Source of the DNA: a virus
Virus record (IMG/VR): IMGVR_UViG_3300031760_000155
Direction: 5' to 3' (one strand)
Length of the DNA stretch: 43,146 nt
Shown here in pieces: positions 33,704 to 40,689 of this stretch. How positions within the stretch are numbered: the stretch's first letter is position 1; each line of letters begins with the position of its first letter. The notes below the pieces were generated by a model. That model was given only the letters and a program-made list of their open reading frames with translations, was not told the origin of the DNA and searched no databases. The translations under genes and the position numbers were made by a program.

Positions 33704-34105
33704 TCAATAGCCACCCTTGCGCCAAAGGCAGCCCAAAAGCCCTTCCCTGCTCCTAAAAGCAAGCCTTGCCCCATCCTGCTTAAAACCGTCCTGTTCAAAA
33801 ACAATAAAATATTTCGTATTGTAGACGGCCACAAGAATTGCAACATGCCCATATTTATTTGAATTTGTCGCATCCCACACAAGAATATCCCCTCTTGAAT
33901 AGTCCGCAAGGGCGGAATCCCTTGTAACTTCAAGAACCCCCGGCTTGGTGATAATGTCCTTTGCACCTGCCACGGCCGGCGTTTGTTGAATGTCAAGAAC
34001 ATCACGGCAATAGGCTCGGTAAAGGTCAACACATTGTGCACCGTACTTGCCGTCAAAGTCAACCTTCTTGCCCTGGTTAGTTTTAATGAATTGTGTCAAA
34101 GTCAT
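33704..34105 (-). CDS. CHAP-domain endolysin
   Basis: GAQCVDLYRAY (catalytic Cys) and KYGHVAILVAV (His), 133 aa. GAGGTG SD upstream. Confidence 0.8.
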   Translation of the reverse strand: MTLTQFIKTNQGKKVDFDGKYGAQCVDLYRAYCRDVLDIQQTPAVAGAKDIITKPGVLEVTRDSALADYSRGDILVWDATNSNKYGHVAILVAVYNTKYFIVFEQDGFKQDGARLAFRSREGLLGCLWRKGGY

Positions 34106-34116
34106 TTCACACCTCT

Positions 34117-34169
34117 AAAAAAAACCGCGGGGTAAGCATGGGATGGGAATCGTGGGACAAACCCCGCGG
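34117..34169 (-). terminator. Hairpin plus T8 between the small membrane-protein gene and the endolysin gene
   Basis: Minus sense CCGCGGGG (rc of 34162-34169), 29-nt loop, CCCCGCGG (rc of 34125-34132), then T8. The large loop lowers confidence. Confidence 0.4.
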
Positions 34170-34179
34170 CTGGCAAACC

Positions 34180-34356
34180 CTAGTTCTTCTCTTCAACGAA
34201 GAGTGAGCAGACTTCTGTTGCTGCCGTAGACGCGATGCCGATGGCAGCAACAATCTGGACGGCATAAGCCGGCTGCATGTAAGTAACAACGGCACTGGCT
34301 ATGGCAGCCACACCGCCAACGATTCCAACAACAAGGTTGAACATCTTCTTGCTCAT
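34180..34356 (-). CDS. Small 58-aa hydrophobic protein (below the track cutoff)
   Basis: Hand translation: MSKKMFNLVVGIVGGVAAIASAVVTYMQPAYAVQIVAAIGIASTAATEVCSLFVEEKN. Its ATG directly follows the o-spanin stop (TAAATG). Confidence 0.55.
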   Translation of the reverse strand: MSKKMFNLVVGIVGGVAAIASAVVTYMQPAYAVQIVAAIGIASTAATEVCSLFVEEKN

Positions 34357-34626
34357 TTATTTCTCCTTGCCCTCATACAGGGCCTTTATGTCATTGTAAT
34401 TTTTTTCAGTCTCTTCAATCCTTATCCTGTACTCTGCCAGGCGGACAAGCCATTCCCCGGAAACGCTAACCGTCCCGTCCGGATTTTTTACCCCACTATC
34501 AAGGGAAGGAAAAACAGGAAAAACCAAATCAGGCACAAAAACCTTTTCCCTTGTGCCATTACTTGCGCAACTGCTCAAGAGCGTTGTCAACAGCGTCGCC
34601 ATCATGCAAAGCATCAATTTCCGCAT
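34357..34626 (-). CDS. Outer-membrane lipoprotein spanin (o-spanin, Rz1-like)
   Basis: Signal peptide with lipobox LLSSC (MRKLMLCMMATLLTTLLSSCASNG). The start overlaps the 3' end of the i-spanin gene by 68 nt. Confidence 0.7.
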   Translation of the reverse strand: MRKLMLCMMATLLTTLLSSCASNGTREKVFVPDLVFPVFPSLDSGVKNPDGTVSVSGEWLVRLAEYRIRIEETEKNYNDIKALYEGKEK

Positions 34627-34837
34627 CCGCTTTCCTCCTGTTTTCGCTCACCGCCTGCGAGGCATTCGTAAGCCGGGCAACCTGCCGCGCAAATTCGTTC
34701 TTTTCCTTTTCCAGGGCATCGCATTTACATTCTGCCATCTTAAGCTTTGCCTTAACGCTAAAAATTATCATCAACAGAAAAAAGCAAAGGAGCACCATAA
34801 AAAAAATGGCATAAAACAAAATTCTCTCAGCGTTCAT
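34559..34837 (-). CDS. Inner-membrane spanin (i-spanin, Rz-like)
   Basis: N-terminal TM segment (ILFYAIFFMVLLCFFLLMIIF) then a coiled-coil-like charged domain. Start chosen at ATG 34837. Confidence 0.65.
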   Translation of the reverse strand: MNAERILFYAIFFMVLLCFFLLMIIFSVKAKLKMAECKCDALEKEKNEFARQVARLTNASQAVSENRRKADAEIDALHDGDAVDNALEQLRK

Positions 34838-35075
34838 CCTCTGCCCTTCCCGTTCCCGTGAACTTGTCAAACATCAGGTTAAGGTCAATCGTTCCAGCCC
34901 CAAGGCCGTAAACAACAGACCATACGGTGCAAATCTCGCCGATGCTCGCACCGGGCAAAATCCCCATCCATTTCAAAACAGCGCAAAGCACAAGCCCGGA
35001 AGCTGCAACAATCTTAAAAACTTTGCTTATTACCTTTGCGGAAAATTTCTTCTTTTCCTCTTCTTCGTCTGCCAT
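34827..35075 (-). CDS. Holin candidate (82 aa, two hydrophobic segments)
   Basis: Charged N-terminus, two TM-like stretches, charged C-terminus. Located in the lysis cluster. Confidence 0.55.
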   Translation of the reverse strand: MADEEEEKKKFSAKVISKVFKIVAASGLVLCAVLKWMGILPGASIGEICTVWSVVYGLGAGTIDLNLMFDKFTGTGRAEDER

Positions 35076-35084
35076 GTCCCGCTC

Positions 35085-35405
35085 CTACCTTTGCGCAAGC
35101 CCGTCAATCTTCGTGTCGATTTTATTGACTAGGGCTGTCAAAGCCTCCACGCTCTTTGCAATGCGCTCCACATCCTTCTCGACGCGCACCACCCTTTCGT
35201 GCGTCTCGTTCTTCCCCTCATAAAGACGGTCAAACTTTCCGGCATCCTTCTGCCTGTCCTCTGCCGTCCTTTGCTCCAGGGTAAAGACGCGCTGCTCCAT
35301 CTTTCCATTTTGCTTCCCGATTTCAATCAATTTGAAAATCAAACCGCCACCAATAAGGAAGCTCCCGGCGGAAACGCAAATTGAAACGATGGAAAACACA
35401 TTCAT
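35085..35405 (-). CDS. Membrane-anchored coiled-coil protein (106 aa), lysis-cassette associated
   Basis: N-terminal TM segment (IVSICVSAGSFLIGGGLIF) followed by a charged helical region. Confidence 0.5.
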   Translation of the reverse strand: MNVFSIVSICVSAGSFLIGGGLIFKLIEIGKQNGKMEQRVFTLEQRTAEDRQKDAGKFDRLYEGKNETHERVVRVEKDVERIAKSVEALTALVNKIDTKIDGLAQR

Positions 35406-35614
35406 TCTTTTTCAGTCCTTTGCATTTTGATAAGACCTGGAATAAGCGGATCGTACCAAAAACGCAACTCGCCAAGCGTCAGGCTTTGCGGCATCATCGG
35501 CAGGTGGTAATTCTGATAGACCTCGCGAATCATCACCGGCACGCCCTCTTCCGCATTCACCTTCCGCCTTTGGCCGTTAAGGGCAACCTCAACCGTCAGC
35601 CCGCAATAAAAAAA
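35402..35614 (-). other. Programmed -1 frameshift site and 68-codon -1 frame extension (GT-like chaperone product)
   Basis: Slippery AGT TTT TTT ATT (35608-35614, minus sense). The -1 frame was hand-translated and is open from 35608 to the TGA at 35402-35404, which overlaps the next ATG. Confidence 0.7.
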
Positions 35615-36018
35615 CTTGTAATTATGTTCAGAATTTTGTAGTCAATGTTGTCCAGTTTTGCAAACCAGCCAACATCTCTTCCAGTCATTGAACTTAACAG
35701 GGCAAAGGTCTTGTGGACGCTTTGCTGGTCCTTGTAAGAATCCAATGCCATATAAGCCGCACTTGTCGGCCTTTTGATTACAAGCTTTGTTCCGGCATAC
35801 CCCTCGGGGCTCTTGTCGCTAACCGTGTACTCGAACTCGCAGTTGTCATTCACGATAAGCGAACCCCTGCGGATTGCCTTTATGAGCTTTGGAGCCGTTG
35901 CGTCAAGAAGTTTTGTCCCGTCCTTTACAGTCACGTAAAGGTCGATGTCGTTGTCATCCGCCCACCGCTCAATTTCCTGCATTGCCAGCTCTTCGCTCAT
36001 TTTTTCTTCGTTTGCCAT
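35596..36018 (-). CDS. Tail assembly chaperone (G-like, zero-frame product)
   Basis: Located directly after the tube gene. Ends just past a slippery T TTT TTT heptamer. Confidence 0.7.
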   Translation of the reverse strand: MANEEKMSEELAMQEIERWADDNDIDLYVTVKDGTKLLDATAPKLIKAIRRGSLIVNDNCEFEYTVSDKSPEGYAGTKLVIKRPTSAAYMALDSYKDQQSVHKTFALLSSMTGRDVGWFAKLDNIDYKILNIITSFFIAG

Positions 36019-36032
36019 TTTTTGTTCCTTCT

Positions 36033-36410
36033 TTACAGAATTCTTATTCTACCCGTCAGGGTAACTTCCATTGTTGATTCGTTGTCATTAAGTGAAGTTG
36101 AATCAGTGATCATCACCTCACCTTCGTACATCTTGCCGTCAACCCTTGTCGCAGAAAGCGGGACAGGTGCAAGCTTTGCCTTTACCTCGTTAATAAAATC
36201 AACGTCCCCGCGGTCCACGTCTATCTCAAGAGTAAGGCTCTCTATCTTCTGGACATGCCTTGTCTTTACGGTGCGGAAAGTTCCGTCTGAATTCGGCTTT
36301 ACCTCGTTGTCCCATTCGCTAAGGTCAACGCTTGCTTCACTTTCCGCATCGCATGTAAACCTGCGTCCGTTAAGCACTACGCTTTCAAGTGCGCCGTTTG
36401 CTTTAGCCAT
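36033..36410 (-). CDS. Tail tube protein
   Basis: 125 aa, immediately downstream of the sheath gene. AAGGAGGA SD upstream. Confidence 0.7.
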   Translation of the reverse strand: MAKANGALESVVLNGRRFTCDAESEASVDLSEWDNEVKPNSDGTFRTVKTRHVQKIESLTLEIDVDRGDVDFINEVKAKLAPVPLSATRVDGKMYEGEVMITDSTSLNDNESTMEVTLTGRIRIL

Positions 36411-36423
36411 CGCCTAATCCTCC

Positions 36424-37899
36424 TTAACCTACATACTGGCCAAAATACACATCGCCGGATACAACTTCAACGTTGCCGCTAATCTTGCATGGGAACGTGT
36501 AGTTGACGCGCTTAGGATTTTCGCTGTCAATGCCCACTTCGATGTTCTTGACTGTGAATTCAGGGTCGCTTATGATGGCAGCCATTCCAAGCGATGTCGC
36601 AAGGTTTGCGAGCCAAGTGTGGAACATCTTTGGCTGTATTGCAGTCGGATTGCTTGTCACCTGCTCGTCAGGAACAAGCGGTGCACCCTTAACCTCATCA
36701 CTTTCAGTAATAAGGCGCAAGTTGTAAACAACATTTGCAAGCTTTACCGCATCCACAACATAGCGGCGGATAGGGAACTTTCCGCTTCCTGCCGGATGGT
36801 AGAAAGTAACGATGTCGTTAAGCTCTGCCACGCTGCCGTTTGTTATGTTCGTGCTTGCACCCTTTATCACGCTTTGGTTTCTTACCGTGTAGCTTTCCTG
36901 TACGGTGTCAACACCGCGCTTCAAACCTGTAAGAACTCCCTTATAGTTCTGTGCCGGATTTGTGTCGGCAGTAGAAAGAATGTCAAGAAGTCCGCGGGCA
37001 GCAACAACAAAAGGAAGCTCAGGGCTTCCAACACTTTCAATCAGGAAGTTGATGTAGTCGCTTGGGCGTGCATCCGTGATGGCCGTGCGTGTTGCATAGT
37101 CATCGGTGCAGCCGTGCGCAACCATGACAGGTTTCTTTTCAAGTGCGCTCCATCTTCCCTCGCCCCATACCTGGAAGGCTTCGAGCTGTGCAGAAGCGTC
37201 TGCACCGTCCTTATAGTCGAATGTGTCAAGAATGAATGTTTCCCAGACCACATCGCCAATAGTTGCGAGCGCACCATCAACAGATGGCGTTCCCATTCCT
37301 CCAGCAAAAGCGGTCGTTGCAAATGTCAAACCGGCAACGTCTCCCTTCACTGAAAGGGAAATTCTGTTTCCGATTGCGCCGCTCCATTTTGCGGTAAAGG
37401 TAACAACACCGTCTGCCGCGGATGCGGACACGCAAGAGTTAAGCTCTGCATTCACGGCGGTTGCAATAAGGTCTGCAACGTCTGCCGCTGCCGCTTCCTT
37501 AAGAACCGCTATCTGAACGTCAAGCCCTGCGATGGAAACAACCACCGGGGCGGATGCCGTTGCGGTTCCTGTTATAGTGATGGAGCCCTTCGAAGCAACA
37601 AAGCCGCTGTCTCCTTTTTTTACCGGAACAATTGAAACCGGGAAGGTTGCCATCGCTCCAGAAGAAGGGAAAAGCTGCAAGGCGGCCAAATGCAAAGGCG
37701 AACCAAATCCGTAACGCTCGCCAACGCTTGCCGCGCTTCCATCACATTCATATTTGTTTGTAGAATAGGCAACGCTGTCATTTCCCTGGCCAATAATTAC
37801 CAGCCTCTGGGGAAGCATTGAAGCATTGCCTACGTTAAAGTTCCTAGGCGTAACAGATATGCCTGTAACGCGGGAAACCGCGCTTGCACTCACACCCAT
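36424..37899 (-). CDS. Contractile tail sheath protein (Mu gpL-like)
   Basis: 491 aa. Located upstream of the tube and chaperone genes. AAGGAG SD upstream. Confidence 0.75.
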   Translation of the reverse strand: MGVSASAVSRVTGISVTPRNFNVGNASMLPQRLVIIGQGNDSVAYSTNKYECDGSAASVGERYGFGSPLHLAALQLFPSSGAMATFPVSIVPVKKGDSGFVASKGSITITGTATASAPVVVSIAGLDVQIAVLKEAAAADVADLIATAVNAELNSCVSASAADGVVTFTAKWSGAIGNRISLSVKGDVAGLTFATTAFAGGMGTPSVDGALATIGDVVWETFILDTFDYKDGADASAQLEAFQVWGEGRWSALEKKPVMVAHGCTDDYATRTAITDARPSDYINFLIESVGSPELPFVVAARGLLDILSTADTNPAQNYKGVLTGLKRGVDTVQESYTVRNQSVIKGASTNITNGSVAELNDIVTFYHPAGSGKFPIRRYVVDAVKLANVVYNLRLITESDEVKGAPLVPDEQVTSNPTAIQPKMFHTWLANLATSLGMAAIISDPEFTVKNIEVGIDSENPKRVNYTFPCKISGNVEVVSGDVYFGQYVG

Positions 37900-37915
37900 C
37901 TTTTATCTCCTTTCA

Positions 37916-37931
37916 CTTCTAGCGTTAGAAG
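37916..37931 (-). promoter_or_regulatory. 16-bp near-palindrome, plus strand CTTCTAGCGTTAGAAG (copy 4 of 4)
   Basis: Minus sense CTTCTAACGCTAGAAG, 16 nt upstream of the sheath ATG, just before its SD. Confidence 0.75.
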
Positions 37932-37937
37932 TTTTTT

Positions 37938-38582
37938 TTATCCGACGATAACCTGTCCGTTTTCGTCGGTTATTAATCCAACTGTATTCCAGTCAAGAAC
38001 GCCACCTGTTATCGCAACGTCCTCGGCATATTCAACGGTAAGCGTAATTCTTACCATCTTTACATTTATTGCGCTTTGGCTCTGGCTTGGTGAGCCTGCC
38101 TGGAATTTCCAGCTAATGCCACCAACAACACCGCGCATCCTTAAGTAGGTGTTTGGCTCTGCCCTTAGAATCCTGCGGACAAGCCTTGCTACCTTCCAAG
38201 CCTTAAGGCTAGCCTTTGTGCCAAAGTCGGCATCGCTTGAAGTGTTCCCTGTTGCATAGCAGTCAACAAGCACCTGTGCCGCAAACTTCTGCACGTTTAC
38301 TCCTGCCGTCGCGTTCGATGCGTTGGAAGAATCAAGCGAAACATTCACGCACGGAAAAGGATTGGATTCAGGCACCTCATCATCAACGTACTGGAGCGGG
38401 TCATCGTTTTCAACGTAGACCGCAACCTTGTAGTCCTGCGCGTTCGGGTCTTCCGCATCCACTGCAAGCTCGTACTGCTTTTGCAAATCCAAAAACAATA
38501 AAGCCGCTATCTGGTCGCGGATAACCTCAATGTTATCAGGTGAGCTTTGCAGTTCATCGTATGCCGGTTCAAAGTCGCTCAT
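37938..38582 (-). CDS. Putative neck / tail-terminator-type protein
   Basis: 214 aa, between the head-completion genes and the sheath gene. Assigned by position only. Confidence 0.45.
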   Translation of the reverse strand: MSDFEPAYDELQSSPDNIEVIRDQIAALLFLDLQKQYELAVDAEDPNAQDYKVAVYVENDDPLQYVDDEVPESNPFPCVNVSLDSSNASNATAGVNVQKFAAQVLVDCYATGNTSSDADFGTKASLKAWKVARLVRRILRAEPNTYLRMRGVVGGISWKFQAGSPSQSQSAINVKMVRITLTVEYAEDVAITGGVLDWNTVGLITDENGQVIVG

Positions 38583-38959
38583 GCCGCATCCCCTTTAAGC
38601 TGTACCGCCATAAAGAGGCGCGTCCATCCAACCGTCTTGTCCGGCTCTGCAAATATAACGAACATCTCCTGCTGCCGTGCGTCAATGTCCGTCCAGCTAA
38701 GCCGCCAACCCTTACGCGGTGTCAGAATTTTTTTGCTTCCGTTAATCTCCACGTAAACGCGGTCGGCTATGTAAGTAGCCCAGCATGTGCGCCCTGCAAC
38801 GCGGTTGCCGTCCGTGTCAAGCTCGTAGCCGATGTCGGAAAGTATCATGGGGATTTCCCATGTATTCACACCGTCCGAAAGGGTGCAGAAGGTATTGCCC
38901 GCCTGCTCCCCTTCTATCGTGTGCACTGCATCCCGCTTTGCAAGGTCACGCAAATTCAT
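38579..38959 (-). CDS. Putative head-tail connector/completion protein
   Basis: 126 aa with ATGA coupling on both sides. Assigned by position only. Confidence 0.45.
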   Translation of the reverse strand: MNLRDLAKRDAVHTIEGEQAGNTFCTLSDGVNTWEIPMILSDIGYELDTDGNRVAGRTCWATYIADRVYVEINGSKKILTPRKGWRLSWTDIDARQQEMFVIFAEPDKTVGWTRLFMAVQLKGDAA

Positions 38960-39192
38960 TTTTCTTCCTTTGGTTCAGCCTTTGGTTTTTCAGCCTTCTT
39001 GGCCTCTTCCTTTTTTGGCTCTGCCTTTGCAGGCTGGGCACCGTCCTTTCCTTCTACAATTTTTTTTGCAGCGGAAAGTTTCTGGATGCTCTCCTGGGAA
39101 AGAACGCCTTCGGGAATTTCTTCCCCGGGCTTGTATATGATGCCCTTTGCTGTAAGGGCTACACCCTCGGCAACAACGTACTTCTTAGCCAT
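38956..39192 (-). CDS. Lys/Glu/Pro-rich 78-aa protein downstream of the capsid gene
   Basis: Low-complexity C-terminus AKAEPKKEEAKKAEKPKAEPKEEK. Confidence 0.55.
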   Translation of the reverse strand: MAKKYVVAEGVALTAKGIIYKPGEEIPEGVLSQESIQKLSAAKKIVEGKDGAQPAKAEPKKEEAKKAEKPKAEPKEEK

Positions 39193-39202
39193 GGAGTACC
39201 TC

Positions 39203-40288
39203 CTACTGCTTTGTTTTCAAGCAGCCTACGCGGTCAATTGAAACAAGAATGGCAAGGGCACGCATCTTGCTTTCTGCCGTGTATGTGTCCTGCTGTTCAT
39301 CCTCGAACACGCGGTTGTGCACGCGGATAAAACCGTCGTATGTAACAACAGGCGGAACAACGTCTGTAAACGGTGCCTTCATTCCAAGAGTAGGAACACC
39401 GCCAAAGACAACACGGAGGTCGAGGTCTTCAAGGCTTGTTGTAATTATTACCTTGTCAGGGTCAAGATAGTCATACTTTGTGTTTCCGGCAAGTGTCTTG
39501 TACTTGCTTGTATAAACCCAAAGTTCGAGACGGTGGCTGCCAAAGTCTGCATAGCCCATGTACCTAGCACCCTTGTCGCGCAATCCAGGATTAAGGGCAC
39601 CAAGTCCCATTCCGTCGCGTTTAATCATGTCCTTGAAGTCTGCATCGGCAAGAATGTTCTGCCATGCGTTTGCACCAAATACAGCGATTGCAGGATCTGC
39701 CTGGCCGTCTTCTGCGATAACGTCACAAAGAGCGGTGATGTCTGCTATTGGTGTTGCGCCGACCGAACCCCAGTCTGTTGTAACTGTAGGCAAGTGGCTT
39801 GCGCTCTGGTGGTAGTCAAGGTCGTATGTAATGCCATTCTTGTCATCGGTAAGCTGGATGTGTCCAGTCTGCAAAGCCTGGGCACACTGAAGCTCAATGT
39901 TGCGGGCAAACATGCGGTGGTACTTTGTAAGGATGCGGGTAATCTTGCGCACAAGACGGCCGAACCATGTACCAACTGAATCGGCGTCATCGCTTTCGCC
40001 CGGCTGCCGTTCCATAAGCTCGTGAAGGTTGATTGGATCCTTCATTGCTGAATAAGGCGGGCGGTACTTGTTTTCAGTCCAGACCTCTTCGTTGACGATA
40101 ATTGCACCTGTGCGTGCATCGCTCAAGGTAGGTGCAACAGCTTCGGTGTTGCGCTCTACGTCAATTTCCACATATTCCGCTTCAGTGTAGTCTTCCTCTG
40201 TTGTGCGGAAAAATGAAGACAAAAAGCCACGAACAGGAACACCGCGTCCCTGTGTGAACATACGCAAAACTTTCTTCAAAAAGTCCAT
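39203..40288 (-). CDS. Major capsid protein, lambda gpE family
   Basis: 361 aa. Follows a gpD-like decoration gene and the prohead protease, as in lambda-type head modules. Confidence 0.8.
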   Translation of the reverse strand: MDFLKKVLRMFTQGRGVPVRGFLSSFFRTTEEDYTEAEYVEIDVERNTEAVAPTLSDARTGAIIVNEEVWTENKYRPPYSAMKDPINLHELMERQPGESDDADSVGTWFGRLVRKITRILTKYHRMFARNIELQCAQALQTGHIQLTDDKNGITYDLDYHQSASHLPTVTTDWGSVGATPIADITALCDVIAEDGQADPAIAVFGANAWQNILADADFKDMIKRDGMGLGALNPGLRDKGARYMGYADFGSHRLELWVYTSKYKTLAGNTKYDYLDPDKVIITTSLEDLDLRVVFGGVPTLGMKAPFTDVVPPVVTYDGFIRVHNRVFEDEQQDTYTAESKMRALAILVSIDRVGCLKTKQ

Positions 40289-40311
40289 AATTTTCTCCTA
40301 GAAAATTTTTC

Positions 40312-40689
40312 CTATTCGTTTACAGAATAGGCATCCATTGCAAGAATTCCGTTAGCACGAAGTGCGTCAACGTCTGCGTCTGTAAGCTCACTGCCTGCAA
40401 GATTTACCTTGCGGCGGTCAACGCGTCCGCTAATGACAACGCGGACAGGGTAATCACCGGCAGCCGTGAAAGGTGTATTCACTTCATTGCAAAGAATGAA
40501 AAGTGCACCTGTTGCGGTTGATGCGGCAACGAGCTTGCCTGTGTCGCTGTCCCTTGTAAGGACTGTACCATCGCCGATGCTGCTGTTTGCTGCAACAGTG
40601 AGAGTTTCCGTTCTAAATTCATTATTGCCAAAAAGCAGGGAACCGATAGCGTGATTTTCGCTTTCAAAAACTCCGTTTATTTTTCCCAT
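40312..40689 (-). CDS. Head decoration protein (gpD-like)
   Basis: 125 aa between the protease/scaffold and major capsid genes. GTVLTRDSDTGKLVAAS...ALFILCNEV fits the decoration-protein family pattern. Confidence 0.65.
   Translation of the reverse strand: MGKINGVFESENHAIGSLLFGNNEFRTETLTVAANSSIGDGTVLTRDSDTGKLVAASTATGALFILCNEVNTPFTAAGDYPVRVVISGRVDRRKVNLAGSELTDADVDALRANGILAMDAYSVNE

Larger units (their letters stand above)
33421..33710. other. Candidate attP: tRNA-like core flanked by direct repeats
   Basis: Core at 33589-33632. AATATCAATA at 33485, 33689 and 33700. TAGCAAT-type repeats at 33421, 33475, 33509, 33519 and 33541. Confidence 0.5.

Noticed and set aside
33658-34062. 134-aa ORF overlapping the endolysin gene in another frame
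   Set aside because: The 33704-34105 frame carries CHAP catalytic motifs and an SD. The overlapping frame has neither.
34107-34295. Track ORF of 62 aa (MPLLLTCSRLMPSRLLL...)
   Set aside because: It has an implausible composition. The region is better explained by the 58-aa hydrophobic ORF in another frame (34180-34356) plus a hairpin/T-run.
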